A stretch of 64,000 bases of DNA, from NCBI GenBank assembly GCA_965233135.1, contig CBDDRM010000176.1:2696-66695 (forward strand), written 5' to 3'. The position numbers and the translations under genes were made by a program. This document shows, piece after piece, positions 1 through 10,426 of this stretch (positions are counted from its first letter, which is position 1; every line of letters begins with the position of its first letter). The notes under the pieces were generated by a model, which was not told the DNA's origin, did no database searches, and worked only from the letters and a program-made list of their open reading frames with translations. Source of the stretch: an uncultured bacterium (lineage in GTDB: Bacteria; Pseudomonadota; Gammaproteobacteria; Burkholderiales; JACQAP01).

Positions 1-982
1 CGAGCAGATCGGCGTTTGGGGCGCGGTGCTGCTCACGGTCCTGAGATTCCTGCAAGGCGTGGGCGTGGGCGGCGAGTGGGGCGGCTCGGTGCTGATGTCC
101 ATGGAGTGGGCCAAGACCAATGCGCATCGCGGCTTCATCGCCTCCTGGCCGCAGTTCGGAGTGCCCGCCGGTTTGTTTCTGGCAAATCTTGCGGTGCTGG
201 GTTTCAGCTGGTATTCCGGAGACGAGTTCCTGCAATGGGGATGGCGGGTGCCATTTTTCCTGAGCATCTTCCTGATCGGGATTGGCCTTTATATCCGGCT
301 GAACATTCTGGAAACCCCGGTGTTCGCCAAACTGCTGGCCGAGAAGCGCATCGAGCGCCAGCCGATGATCGAAGTGATCAAGCGCCACCCGAAGCAAATC
401 CTGTTGTCGGCGTTCGCGCGCATGGGCGAGCAGGCGCCGTTCTATATCTTCACTGCCTTTATTTTCACGTACGCGACGTTGCACCTGAACAGCCCGCGCG
501 ACTTCGTTCTGACGGCACTGCTGGCGGCGTCCCTGCTCTCCTTCGTCACGGTACCGCTCAGTGGTTATATTTCCGATCGCATCGGGCGCAAGAGAATGTA
601 CATGCTGGGCGCGGTGGCCACAGGAGTGTTCGGGTTCGCGTACTTCGCCATGCTCGACACGATGGTGCCGCAGTGGATATTCATCGCCGTGCTCGTGTCA
701 CTGATTCCGCACGACATGATGTACGGCCCGCAGGCGGCCCTGATCGCCGAGTCTTTCACCGGCCGTTTGCGCTATAGCGGCGCGTCCCTGGGTTATCAGC
801 TCGCGTCCGTCATTGCCGGCGGACCGGCGCCGCTGATTGCTGCGGCGCTGTATGCGTATTACAAATCGGGCTACGCGATCGCGGTATTCGTATTGGTCTG
901 CGCCGTCATCAGCCTGATCGCAACGGCGATGCTCAAGGACTACACCAACCAGGACATATCGCGGGAATACGACGAGGGCTAA
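1..982 (+). CDS. MFS transporter, metabolite:H+ symporter (MHS, ShiA/ProP-like); 5' end truncated by the window
   Basis: Motifs LRFLQGVGVGGEWGG, WGWRVPF, SDRIGRK and ESFTGRLRYSG; many TM helices. Confidence 0.9.
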   Translation, partial: EQIGVWGAVLLTVLRFLQGVGVGGEWGGSVLMSMEWAKTNAHRGFIASWPQFGVPAGLFLANLAVLGFSWYSGDEFLQWGWRVPFFLSIFLIGIGLYIRLNILETPVFAKLLAEKRIERQPMIEVIKRHPKQILLSAFARMGEQAPFYIFTAFIFTYATLHLNSPRDFVLTALLAASLLSFVTVPLSGYISDRIGRKRMYMLGAVATGVFGFAYFAMLDTMVPQWIFIAVLVSLIPHDMMYGPQAALIAESFTGRLRYSGASLGYQLASVIAGGPAPLIAAALYAYYKSGYAIAVFVLVCAVISLIATAMLKDYTNQDISREYDEG

Positions 983-1007
983 ACCGTACCGCGCCGGCAG
1001 AGGGGCC

Positions 1008-1811
1008 ATGGCAGACTTCGAGGCAATCAAGCGCCAGCAGCAGCGGATCTGGGCGAAAGGCGATTTCGCGATGATCGGTTGGCATACGGTCTATCCGGGC
1101 GAGTTGCTGTGCGAAGCGGTGCAATTGCGCGCCGGCGAGAAGGTCCTCGATGTCGCCACCGGCAGCGGCAATACCGCGCTGTCCGCGGCGCGAAGGAATT
1201 GCGAAGCCAGCGGCATCGATTATGTGCCGGCGCTGATCGAGCGGGCGCGCCAGCGCGCGGTGCTGGAGAGTCTTCCAGCGAAGTTCGAAGTCGGCGATTG
1301 CGAAGAGATCCCGTTTGCGCAGGCGAATTTCGATGTCGTGCTGTCGGTTTTCGGCTCGATGTTCGCGCCTGATGCCGAACGGGCCGCAGCGGAGTTGCTG
1401 CGCGTGTGCCGCCCGGGAGGGCGCATCGGCCTGGCCAACTGGACGCCGGATGGGTTCTGGGGGCAGACTTTTGGTCTGGTGGGCAAGTATGTTCCACCCC
1501 CCGCGGGCGTGCAGCCCCCGGTTGAATGGGGAACCGAACGACGATTGGAAGAACTTTTCGCTGCCGGTGTCAGTTCGATGAATGTCGCCCGGCGCAGCGC
1601 GCTTTTTCGCTTCCGCAGCAGCGCGCATTGGATCGAAGTGTTCAGCCGCTATTTCGGACCGATCATCCGTGTGCGTGAAACCCTGGACGACGCGGGCCAG
1701 CGCGAATTCGTGGCCGAACTCGATGCCATGCTCCACCGTTTCAACAAATCCGGCGATGACACCCTGATGGTATCGGCGGACTATCTCGAAGTCGTCATGA
1801 CTCGCGGATGA
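1008..1811 (+). CDS. Class I SAM-dependent methyltransferase (UbiE-like)
   Basis: VLDVATGSG SAM-binding motif; FDVVLSVFG; LLRVCRPGG. Confidence 0.9.
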   Translation: MADFEAIKRQQQRIWAKGDFAMIGWHTVYPGELLCEAVQLRAGEKVLDVATGSGNTALSAARRNCEASGIDYVPALIERARQRAVLESLPAKFEVGDCEEIPFAQANFDVVLSVFGSMFAPDAERAAAELLRVCRPGGRIGLANWTPDGFWGQTFGLVGKYVPPPAGVQPPVEWGTERRLEELFAAGVSSMNVARRSALFRFRSSAHWIEVFSRYFGPIIRVRETLDDAGQREFVAELDAMLHRFNKSGDDTLMVSADYLEVVMTRG

Positions 1812-1950
1812 CGTTGCACACGATGACGTTGTTGCGACGCAGCGAGGCTGTTATGCGAGAAATGGTCAGTCAGGTATGTCCGCGGCAGGGATGCTCGGCG
1901 TTGTACATCCCGTTACCATGGCATGCATCGCAATCAGCGGAAGGCGAGTC

Positions 1951-2844
1951 ATGCCAGCACGGACGTACGGATTCATCGGGGTAGGGCGCATGGGCGGGCT
2001 CATGTCAGCCCGCTTGCTGGACGCAGGCCATGCGGTCGTGGTTTTCGACGTTGCCGCGGACGCAATGGCAACACTGGAAGCAAAAGGCGCCCGGCGGGCC
2101 GCATCGGCGGCCAAAGTCGCGGACCAGGCCGAGTGCGTCTTTTTGAGCCTGCCCAATCCGGACGTTGTGCGGCGGGCCGTGCTCGATGCGGGTGGCGTCA
2201 TCGAAGGCGGCATGGTCCGGCGCGTGGTGGACTTCTCGACCATCGGTCCGCGCACGGCAAGCCACGTCGCCCAAGGCCTGGCGGAACGCAACATCAGTTA
2301 CGTCGACGCCCCGGTCAGCGGCGGGCTCAAGGGCGCGCGCGAAGGCACGCTCGCCGTCATGGTGTCTTGTCCCAAGGCAGTCTATGCCGAACTCGAGTCG
2401 ATTCTGAAAACCTTCGGCAAACCGTTTCATCTGGGCGAAAGCGCCGGACAGGCGCAGACCATGAAGCTTGCCAACAATCTGCTGTCCGCCGCGGCGATGG
2501 CCCTGACTTCCGAGGCCATGGTCATGGGCGTCAAGGCCGGGCTCGATCCCAAGGTCATGCTCGACGTGCTCAATGCGGGTTCGGGGCGCAATACGGCCTC
2601 GCAGGACAAGTTCCCGAAGTCGGTGTTGCCCGGCACGTTCGACTTCGGTTTCGCCACCGGCTTGTCTTATAAAGACGTGCGCCTGTGCATCGATGAAGCC
2701 GAGGCGCTGGGCGTGCCGATGGTCTGCGGCGCGGCCGTGCGCCAGATGTTGGCGGTTACCAACGCGATGTACGGGCCCGATTCTGATTTCACCTCGCTGT
2801 GCAAAGTCGTCGAATCCTGGGCCGGAGTTGAGGTCCGCGGCTGA
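1951..2844 (+). CDS. NAD(P)-dependent beta-hydroxyacid dehydrogenase (3-hydroxyisobutyrate/tartronate semialdehyde reductase family)
   Basis: GFIGVGRMG Rossmann motif, DAPVSGG, KLANN, YKD; ATG at 1951 chosen as start. Confidence 0.9.
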   Translation: MPARTYGFIGVGRMGGLMSARLLDAGHAVVVFDVAADAMATLEAKGARRAASAAKVADQAECVFLSLPNPDVVRRAVLDAGGVIEGGMVRRVVDFSTIGPRTASHVAQGLAERNISYVDAPVSGGLKGAREGTLAVMVSCPKAVYAELESILKTFGKPFHLGESAGQAQTMKLANNLLSAAAMALTSEAMVMGVKAGLDPKVMLDVLNAGSGRNTASQDKFPKSVLPGTFDFGFATGLSYKDVRLCIDEAEALGVPMVCGAAVRQMLAVTNAMYGPDSDFTSLCKVVESWAGVEVRG

Positions 2845-2889
2845 CGCGCAACCGAATCGCGATCCCCCAACCGATTGCCGGAGAGCATT

Positions 2890-4287
2890 ATGGCCGCAGC
2901 GAGCCGATTCATGAACCAACCCGTGATCCTCCAAGCCCATGAGCCGCTGGCAGCTCGCATCGCGCGCGCGATTACTGCGGCTGCGGCGGAGGAACTCTCG
3001 GCCGACGTTATCGACAAGGTCAAGCTGTGCCTGACCGACCTCATCGGATGTGCGCTGGAATCGCGTGATCTGCCCTGGAGCCGACAGGCCGTGAACGTCG
3101 CCCAACGGGTGCAAGACCCCGCCAGCGCTGCGACCATTGCGGGAGCGCGCGGCGCTTTTGGGTGCGCCGATGCCGCGTTCGCGAATGCCGTGATGGGCCA
3201 TGGCCTGGTGCGCGAAGACATGCATGCGGGCAGCATCAGCCATCTGGGCATTGCCGTGCTGCCCGCGCTGCTGGCACTCGCGCAACTGCGCAGGGTCAGC
3301 GGTCGGGATTTCATCGCCGCCACGCTGGCCGGATACGAAGTCGGTGGCCAGGTCGGGCGCGCGCTGATGGATGCGGAGGTGGCGAAAATCCACCGTCCCA
3401 CCGGTATTACCGGCCCTATAGCCGGTGCAGCGGCAGGCGCGCTCCTGCGCGGCCTGAGTGTCGAACAGGCGACCAGCGCGATCGCGCTGGGCGCCAACAC
3501 CACTGCCGGGTACAACCAGTGGGCGCATACCGGCGGCAGCGAGATGTTTTTCCAGGCCGGCTTTGCCGCCCGCAATGCCGTCACCGCGGTGTGTCTGGCC
3601 GAGCAGGGCGCCTTCGCCTCGCCTTCCGCACTGGACGGTGAAGCTGGCTTGTTTGCGGCGCTGACCAAGCGCTCGGCGGCTTCGCGAGTGGAATTGTTCG
3701 GCGCAACTCCGGAAATTCTGTACGTTTATCACAAGCCCGTTCCAGCCTGCAATTTTGCGCAAAGCGCGAGCCAGGCCGCGCTCGCGCTGGCGCGCGACGG
3801 TGTATCGCCGGACAGGATCGCTTCGATCACGGTGCGCGTGCCGCGCGCCGGGGCACTGTATCCGGGTTGCGATTACAGCGGACCTTTCGCGCATATCCTG
3901 CAAGCCAAGATGAGCATTCAGTACAACGTCGCAGCTGCATTGATCGAAGGCGGCGTATCGGAGAAGAATTTCACGCTGCTCAACGACGCCCGGTTGCACC
4001 GTTTGCTGGGCCTGATGACGCTCGAGATCGATGACGAGATGACCCGGGCTTATCCGGGCAAGCAGGGCGGTGAAGTCGAGATACGTGAAACAAGCGGTGC
4101 CACGCGCAAGCTTCGGCTCGCAGACGTCGTCAATGCCTCGCCCGACGAGGTGCGGCAGCGTTTCCGGCGAGCTGCCACCGACGCGCTGGGCAGCGCCCGC
4201 GCGTCGGAGATCGAATCATGCATTGAGACGCTGGAGCGCGCGCAGGACGCGGGACGGCTCGCTGCGCTTTTGCGTGCCCCGGATTGA
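2890..4287 (+). CDS. MmgE/PrpD family protein
   Basis: AAFANAVMGH-x3-EDMH...SH, GYEV, KPVPAC and AKMSIQY patterns; GGAGAG RBS before 2890. Confidence 0.85.
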   Translation: MAAASRFMNQPVILQAHEPLAARIARAITAAAAEELSADVIDKVKLCLTDLIGCALESRDLPWSRQAVNVAQRVQDPASAATIAGARGAFGCADAAFANAVMGHGLVREDMHAGSISHLGIAVLPALLALAQLRRVSGRDFIAATLAGYEVGGQVGRALMDAEVAKIHRPTGITGPIAGAAAGALLRGLSVEQATSAIALGANTTAGYNQWAHTGGSEMFFQAGFAARNAVTAVCLAEQGAFASPSALDGEAGLFAALTKRSAASRVELFGATPEILYVYHKPVPACNFAQSASQAALALARDGVSPDRIASITVRVPRAGALYPGCDYSGPFAHILQAKMSIQYNVAAALIEGGVSEKNFTLLNDARLHRLLGLMTLEIDDEMTRAYPGKQGGEVEIRETSGATRKLRLADVVNASPDEVRQRFRRAATDALGSARASEIESCIETLERAQDAGRLAALLRAPD

Positions 4288-4331
4288 ATGAGCAGTCCGC
4301 GTCATAAGGCTGCCGCGCCTCGGAGTGAGCG

Positions 4332-5291
4332 ATGAGCGGCGCGCAGTTCCTGGAAAATTTCCTGCAGGCCCTGGTCGCGGGGCTGCTCACCGGATCGATC
4401 TATGGGCTGATGTGTGTCGGCCTGAGCATGATATTCGGCGTCATGCGAGTGATCAATTTCGCGCACGGCGATTTCATGATGCTCGGCATGTATGTCGCAT
4501 ACTTCGCTTTTGGTGCGCTTGGGATCCAGGCGGTCTTCGGCGATATGGCCGGACCTTATGTTGCCGCGCTGATTGCCGGCCCGGTGATTTTCGTTGCGGG
4601 CGTTCTGATCCACCGGCTGCTGATCAGCAAGGTCACCGGCATGCGCGGCAGCGCATTGCAGTCCGAAGGCCACTACGCCCAATTGATACTGACCTTGGGG
4701 CTGGCACTCATCATGCAGAATGGCGGCCTGTATCTGTTCGGTTCCACGCCCGTGTCGATTGCCACACCGCTCGCTTCCAACGCCTGGGCAATCGGGCCGC
4801 TGGTCGGGGACAGGGTGGAGATCTTCGTCAATCAGGGGCAGACCGTCGCCGCGGGCCTCGCACTCGTGGTCGTGGTGGCTTTCGTGCTGCTCATGAATCG
4901 TTCGCGTCTCGGTAAATCGCTGCGCGCGGCGGCCGATAATCCCGAGGCGGCTACTTACATGGGCATCGATGTGGGTCGTTCTCATCGCCGCGCTTTCGGA
5001 TTCGGCGTGGCGATCACCGCCGTAGGCGGCGGCCTGCTGGCCTCCGGCATCTCGTTTCAACCCTATGTCGGGCTCGAGTATGTCATCGTGATGTATGCCG
5101 GCGTGGTGCTGGGCGGACTGGGCAGCGTCGCAGGGGCGTTCATGGGCGGGCTCACGATCGGCCTGGTGCAGCAGATGTCGACCCTGTTCCTGCCCAACCA
5201 GTTGCAAAACACCGCGATCTTCGTAGTCTTCCTGATCATCGTGCTGCTGCGTCCGCAAGGACTGTTTGGCACGGCATTGCGCCGGACCTGA
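4332..5291 (+). CDS. livH: Branched-chain amino acid-type ABC transporter permease (LivH-like)
   Basis: GLSMIFGVMRVINFAHGDF, GKSLRAAADN, VVLGGLGS, RPQGLFG. Confidence 0.9.
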   Translation: MSGAQFLENFLQALVAGLLTGSIYGLMCVGLSMIFGVMRVINFAHGDFMMLGMYVAYFAFGALGIQAVFGDMAGPYVAALIAGPVIFVAGVLIHRLLISKVTGMRGSALQSEGHYAQLILTLGLALIMQNGGLYLFGSTPVSIATPLASNAWAIGPLVGDRVEIFVNQGQTVAAGLALVVVVAFVLLMNRSRLGKSLRAAADNPEAATYMGIDVGRSHRRAFGFGVAITAVGGGLLASGISFQPYVGLEYVIVMYAGVVLGGLGSVAGAFMGGLTIGLVQQMSTLFLPNQLQNTAIFVVFLIIVLLRPQGLFGTALRRT

Positions 5292-5292
5292 C

Positions 5293-7059
5293 ATGCTCGA
5301 CACCAATCCGCGCCGCCAGGTGCTGCTGATCGCGATTTTTGCGCTGGCCTACGCGGGTGCGGCCACTTTTGTCGATCATTCCTATTACCTGCTGGTCCTC
5401 GCCGTCGTCCCGGTGTGGGCGGTCATGGGTCTCGCCTGGAACCTGCTGAGCGGCTACAGCGGTTTCGTGTCATTCGGTCACGCGGCGTTCTTCGGTCTCG
5501 GTGCGTACTTCGTGGCATTGGCCCAGATCCAGTGGGGATTGACGCCGTGGATCGGTATTCCCTGCGCCGCGGCGGTCGGTGCACTCGCCGGCCTACTCAT
5601 CGGCATTCCGACCTTTCGGCTGCGCGGCCACTATTTCGCCCTGGCCATGCTTGCCTATCCGCTGGCGCTGCTCTATGTGTTCGAGTGGCTCGGATACCAG
5701 GAACTAGCCCTGCCAATGCAGCGCGATCACGGCTTTGCTTACATGCAGTTTGCCGACCATCGCGTGTACGTGTGGATCGCGGTAGGCCTGATGATCGGCG
5801 CCATGTTATTGACCGGCCGGATCGAGCGCTCCCGCTTCGGCATGTCGCTGGTGGCAATGCGCGAGGATGAAGCCGCTGCCGAGGCCGCAGGCATCCGCAC
5901 GCTGGCATGGAAGCTCAAGGCGATCATGCTCAGTGGCGCTTTGGCCGGCGCCGCGGGAGGGTTCTACGCGGTGGTGCTGCTGGTCGTGACGCCGCCCGCG
6001 GTCTTCGGGATGCTGGTCTCGGCACAGGCGCTGATCGTGGCCATGTTCGGCGGGGTGGGCACGCTCTGGGGGCCGGTGATCGGTGCGGTGGTTCTGGTGC
6101 CGCTGAGCGAAATCCTGCACGCGCGGCTCGGTGATGTGATTCCTGGAATCCAGGGTGTGGTATATGGCGTTGCCATCGTCGCGGTGATCCTGCTCGCTCC
6201 GGAGGGTGTGTACTGGAAGATTCGGGACATGGTCGTGCGCCGGCGTGTCAGCCCCGCTGCGCCAGCGGTGGATGCCGCGGCAGCCGATGTCGTTGCGCCG
6301 GTGACGAGGGCGATGCCGTCGCAAGACATTGTCGCATTCGAAGTGCAGCATGTGTCCAAGGCTTTCGGCGGGCTCACCGCAGTCCGCGATGTGAGCCTGA
6401 AGGTTTTGCGCGGCGAGATCCTGGGCATCATCGGACCGAATGGTGCGGGCAAAACCACGTTGTTCAATTTGCTCAATGGCTTCATCCGTCCCGACCAGGG
6501 CCGCATCCTGTTCGAAGGCAGGGATCTCGTCGGCCTGCGCCCCTACCAGATTTGCGCGGCCGGCATCGGGCGTACTTTCCAGGTGGTGCGTCCGTTCCGG
6601 CGCATGAGCGCGCTGGAGAATGTCGTGGTCGGTGCATACGTCAATGCGGCGACCGACGGGCAGGCACGTGCGACCGCGGAAGAGGCGCTGCGCCAGGTGG
6701 GTCTGCAGAACGATGCGCGCAAGCTCGCGGGCACACTCACCAACAAGCAGTTGCGCCTGCTGGAGATTGCGCGCGCGCTTGCCGGCAAGCCGCGGTTGCT
6801 GCTGCTCGACGAAACACTGGCCGGTCTGGGCAGCGCGGAAGTCGATTCGCTCATTGCCGTGGTACGCCATCTGGCGGCAAGAGGCATCACCATCGTCATC
6901 ATCGAGCACACCATGCAGGCGATGGTGCGGCTGGTTGATCGTTTCGTCGTGCTCAACGAAGGTGCTCTGCTGGCCGAGGGATTGCCAGAGGACATTACGC
7001 GCAACAGCGCCGTGATTGACGCCTATCTGGGCAAGCGCTGGAGGATCGCCAATGCTTGA
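5293..7059 (+). CDS. Fused LivM permease and LivG ATPase of a Liv-type ABC transporter
   Basis: N-terminal WNLLSGYSGFVSFGHAAFFG and RLRGHYFAL; C-terminal Walker A GPNGAGKTT, GIGRTFQ, LLLDE, IEH. Confidence 0.9.
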   Translation: MLDTNPRRQVLLIAIFALAYAGAATFVDHSYYLLVLAVVPVWAVMGLAWNLLSGYSGFVSFGHAAFFGLGAYFVALAQIQWGLTPWIGIPCAAAVGALAGLLIGIPTFRLRGHYFALAMLAYPLALLYVFEWLGYQELALPMQRDHGFAYMQFADHRVYVWIAVGLMIGAMLLTGRIERSRFGMSLVAMREDEAAAEAAGIRTLAWKLKAIMLSGALAGAAGGFYAVVLLVVTPPAVFGMLVSAQALIVAMFGGVGTLWGPVIGAVVLVPLSEILHARLGDVIPGIQGVVYGVAIVAVILLAPEGVYWKIRDMVVRRRVSPAAPAVDAAAADVVAPVTRAMPSQDIVAFEVQHVSKAFGGLTAVRDVSLKVLRGEILGIIGPNGAGKTTLFNLLNGFIRPDQGRILFEGRDLVGLRPYQICAAGIGRTFQVVRPFRRMSALENVVVGAYVNAATDGQARATAEEALRQVGLQNDARKLAGTLTNKQLRLLEIARALAGKPRLLLLDETLAGLGSAEVDSLIAVVRHLAARGITIVIIEHTMQAMVRLVDRFVVLNEGALLAEGLPEDITRNSAVIDAYLGKRWRIANA

Positions 7060-7759
7060 GATCGAGGCACTCAGCGCAGGGTACGGTCTGTTGCCGGTCC
7101 TGCATTCGGTCACGCTGCGTGTGAAAGCTGGAGAGTTCGCCGCGATCATCGGTCCGAACGGGGCGGGCAAGACCACCTTGTTCAAGACCATTTCCGGGAT
7201 CGTGCCACCGACAGCAGGTCGCATGTACTTCGAAGGGCAGGATTTGCTCGCGATTGCACCGGCGGCACGTGCTCACCTGGGCATCGCGCACATCCCCGAA
7301 GGGCGCCAGGTGTTCGCGTCGCTGAGCGTGCAGGAGAATCTGGAAATGGGCGCTTACACGTACGCCGGGCGCCGCGCGTGGAAGGACAATCTCGAGAAAA
7401 TCCATACCTGGTTTCCCGTGCTCGCCGAACGTGCCCGGGCCCAGGCCGGCACGTTATCGGGCGGCCAGCAGCAGATGCTGGCGATTGCGCGCGGGCTGGC
7501 TTCGTCGCCCAAACTGCTGTTGCTCGATGAACCCTCGATGGGACTCGCCCCGGCTGTCGCGGATGAGATATTCGAACGCATCGTCGCCATTCATGCCGGG
7601 TCTGCGCTGAGCGTGCTGCTGGTGGAACAGCGCGTGGCCGAGGCACTGCATTTCGCACAGCGCACGTATGTGCTCGAGGCCGGACGTGTCGTACTGCAAG
7701 GCAGTCATGACGAACTGAAGAACAATGACCGGATTCGTCAGGCCTATCTGGGCATGTGA
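7052..7759 (+). CDS. livF: ABC transporter ATP-binding protein (LivF-like)
   Basis: GPNGAGKTT, LSGGQQQMLAIAR, LLLDEPSMGLAP, AYLG. Confidence 0.92.
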   Translation: MLEIEALSAGYGLLPVLHSVTLRVKAGEFAAIIGPNGAGKTTLFKTISGIVPPTAGRMYFEGQDLLAIAPAARAHLGIAHIPEGRQVFASLSVQENLEMGAYTYAGRRAWKDNLEKIHTWFPVLAERARAQAGTLSGGQQQMLAIARGLASSPKLLLLDEPSMGLAPAVADEIFERIVAIHAGSALSVLLVEQRVAEALHFAQRTYVLEAGRVVLQGSHDELKNNDRIRQAYLGM

Positions 7760-7782
7760 ATCGAACAACGTCGGAGGAACAA

Positions 7783-9030
7783 ATGTGCAATGAGATCATC
7801 GCGACTGCGAGGCGGGGTTTCTGCCTGCTGCTGGTTGCCGCCGCAGTCGCGGTGACCCAGCCAATGGGCGCCGCACAGGGCAAGGAGATCGAAGTCGGCC
7901 TAATCGCGCCGATGTCCGGGCCTTATGCGCGCCAGGGGCAGGTCATGAAAATGGCCGCAGACATGGCGATCGAGACGGTCAACCGCCAGGGCGGCATCAA
8001 ATCCATGGGCGGTGCGAAGCTCAGGCTCAGCGTTTTCGATGCCGGTGAAAGCGTCGAGAAAGCAAAAAACGCCGCGCAGCGCATGGTGGCCGATGCGCCG
8101 AATCTGGTCGTGGCTACCGGAGCGTATCTGAGCTCCTTTACGCTGGCTGTCACCGAAGTCACGGAACGCGCGAAGTTACCGGTGATCACTTTTTCCTATT
8201 CCGATCTGATCACCGCCCGCGGTTTCAAGTACGTGTTCCAGACTTCCGCGACCGGAGTGCAACAGGCCGAGGGATCGCTGCCCGCGCTGCTCGATATGGC
8301 GCAGAAGGCGTCCGGTCAGCGGCCGAAGACCATCGGCATCGTCATGGACAATACCGCAGCGTCCGTGTCGTTCGTCAAACCGATGCGCGATCATCAGTTC
8401 GCCAGGCTGGGTTTGAAAGTGGTCGTTGACGAGACCTTCACGCCCCCGCTTGCGAATGCGACGCCGCTGATCCAGAAGGTACGCTCGGCGCGGCCGGATA
8501 TTCTTATCCTGCTGCCCACGGTAATTTCGGATGCCAAGCTGCTGCTGGAGAAAATGAACGAATTCGGGCTCGCGCGTGGCAAGCTGCCCACAATCGCCAA
8601 TGGCGCGGCGATCCTTGATCCGGACCTGCGCAGCAATATGAACATTGACCAGCTCGAAGGAGTCATGGCGGTGGTCGCCGACTGGACCACGCGCGCGCAG
8701 AAGGACTTCGTGGCCGAGGTCCAAAAGAAAACCGGCGAACCATGGCCCACGCAACATTTCGTCACGACCTACGGCGACATCCTGATTTTCAAGGCGGCGC
8801 TCGAAGCCGCCGGCAAGGCCGACCGCGAGGCAGTGGCCAAGGCCCTGCATGCAATGGATCTGAGCGGCGGGCCGGCGAATTTCTTCCCCGGAAACGGCAG
8901 ATTGAAATTCGAGGAAAACGGCCGTCGCGCGGACGCCGGCCTGCTGATCGTGCAGTGGCAGAAGGGTGTGCCGATCACCGTATACCCGGCGAAGGACGCC
9001 ATTGCCCCGCCCGTGTGGCCAAAACCATAG
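7783..9030 (+). CDS. ABC transporter substrate-binding protein (LivJ/K fold)
   Basis: Signal peptide, VGLIAPMSG, NRQGGIKSMGGAKL; GGAGG RBS; located in the Liv operon. Confidence 0.88.
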   Translation: MCNEIIATARRGFCLLLVAAAVAVTQPMGAAQGKEIEVGLIAPMSGPYARQGQVMKMAADMAIETVNRQGGIKSMGGAKLRLSVFDAGESVEKAKNAAQRMVADAPNLVVATGAYLSSFTLAVTEVTERAKLPVITFSYSDLITARGFKYVFQTSATGVQQAEGSLPALLDMAQKASGQRPKTIGIVMDNTAASVSFVKPMRDHQFARLGLKVVVDETFTPPLANATPLIQKVRSARPDILILLPTVISDAKLLLEKMNEFGLARGKLPTIANGAAILDPDLRSNMNIDQLEGVMAVVADWTTRAQKDFVAEVQKKTGEPWPTQHFVTTYGDILIFKAALEAAGKADREAVAKALHAMDLSGGPANFFPGNGRLKFEENGRRADAGLLIVQWQKGVPITVYPAKDAIAPPVWPKP

Positions 9031-9042
9031 GGCAAGCGATGC

Positions 9043-9157
9043 GCCACAGGGGGCATAGAGGACACAGAGGGAATCGAAGCCAGGATCAGCAGCAAGAAAA
9101 CAATTATTCGACGAATTGGTCTGGAGAACTCAGGCTTGGCCCCGTGTACTCCGCGGC
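9043..9157. repeat. Degenerate 9-bp-period inverted repeat element in an intergenic region
   Basis: Left arm ccacagggg-gcatagagg-acacagagg; partly complementary right arm cccgtgtactccgcggc. Confidence 0.45.
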
Positions 9158-9190
9158 TATTTTTCATTGCATGAACTCAAGGAGAAAATA

Positions 9191-9580
9191 ATGAACGACG
9201 ATCTGTTCAAAAAAGGTCTGGAAATCCGCAAGTCCGTGCTGGGCGCCGAGTTCGTGGAGAAGTCGCTGGCCTCCGCCGATGACTTCAACATGCCGATGCA
9301 GCGCCTGACCACGGAGTATTGCTGGGGCGCGGTCTGGGGCAGGGAAGAGTTGCCGAAGAAAACCCGCAGCATGTTGAACCTGGCGATGCTCAGCGCTCTG
9401 AACCGGCCGCATGAACTCAAAATGCATATCGGCGGCGCCTTGCGCAATGGCGTCACGCGAGCGGAGATCCGCGAGGTGTTGTTGCAGGTCGCGATCTATT
9501 GCGGCATCCCGGCCGGGGTGGATGCGTTTCGTGTCGCCAAGGAGACGTTTGCGGAAATGGACCGCAACGAGAAAAAATAG
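9191..9580 (+). CDS. Carboxymuconolactone decarboxylase family protein (PcaC-like)
   Basis: GLEIRKSVLG, EYCWGAVWGR, ELKMHIGGALRNG, QVAIYCGIPAG; AAGGAG RBS. Confidence 0.9.
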   Translation: MNDDLFKKGLEIRKSVLGAEFVEKSLASADDFNMPMQRLTTEYCWGAVWGREELPKKTRSMLNLAMLSALNRPHELKMHIGGALRNGVTRAEIREVLLQVAIYCGIPAGVDAFRVAKETFAEMDRNEKK

Positions 9581-9627
9581 GGACAGCGCCCGCTGGATTC
9601 TGCAAGCTGGAAAGTAAAGGGGACTTT

Positions 9628-10425
9628 GTGACGGAAGAAATATACGAGATACGCGCGATCAAATATGCGAGGCTGATGCGCCGGTCGCCGGATAACTTCA
9701 TCGGCGGTGACGCGCACGACACCGAGATGCCGCTGAACTATTACGTCTGGGTGATCTCGAACGCTCAGCGCAGCATCGTCGTCGACACCGGTTTCAGTGA
9801 ATCCATGGCGCGCAAGCGCAATCGCGAGCTCGTGCGGCCGGTCGCGGAAGGATTGCAGGCGCTGGGCATCGAACCAGAGCAAGTCGCGGATGTCATCATC
9901 ACGCACATGCATTACGACCATGCGGGCAACACGCCGTTGTTCGCCAATGCGCGCTTCCATCTGCAGGACAAGGAAATGGACTTCGCTACCGGACGCTGCA
10001 TGTGTCACGGCCTCATGCGCCATGGTTACGAAGCCGATGACGTGGTCCATCTGGTGCGCTGTGTTTTCGATCAACGCGTGCAGTTTCACGATGGCGCGGC
10101 AGAGATCGCGCCGGGCGTCGAGGTGCATCATATCGGCGGTCACACCAAAGGCATGCAGGCTGTGCGCGTGCGCACGCGCCGCGGATGGGTCGTTCTGGCC
10201 TCCGATGCGAGTCATTTCTATGCACACATGGAACAGGATCGCGCGTTCCCTATTCTGTACAACCTGAACGACATGCTGGAAGGATTCAACACGCTGCGCC
10301 GGCTGGCCAGCTCGCCGCGGCACGTCGTGCCAGGTCACGACCCGCTGGTGATGGATCGCTATCCCGCGGCTGGCAACGGCATGGAAGACTGGATCGTGCG
10401 CCTCGATGCCGAGCCGAGTGTCTGA
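9628..10425 (+). CDS. Metallo-beta-lactamase-fold lactonase (AHL lactonase/4-pyridoxolactonase-like)
   Basis: VDTG, THMHYDHAG (HxHxDH), GHTKG, ASDA, PGHD; GTG start. Confidence 0.88.
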   Translation: MTEEIYEIRAIKYARLMRRSPDNFIGGDAHDTEMPLNYYVWVISNAQRSIVVDTGFSESMARKRNRELVRPVAEGLQALGIEPEQVADVIITHMHYDHAGNTPLFANARFHLQDKEMDFATGRCMCHGLMRHGYEADDVVHLVRCVFDQRVQFHDGAAEIAPGVEVHHIGGHTKGMQAVRVRTRRGWVVLASDASHFYAHMEQDRAFPILYNLNDMLEGFNTLRRLASSPRHVVPGHDPLVMDRYPAAGNGMEDWIVRLDAEPSV

Positions 10426-10426
10426 G

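Noticed and set aside
2005-3999. 664-aa minus-strand ORF
   Set aside because: Antisense to two well-supported genes and has no motifs; typical high-GC shadow ORF.
9628-10425. Beta-lactamase or quorum-quenching enzyme
   Set aside because: The MBL fold alone does not establish this; there is no signal peptide and the catabolic operon context favours a metabolic lactonase.
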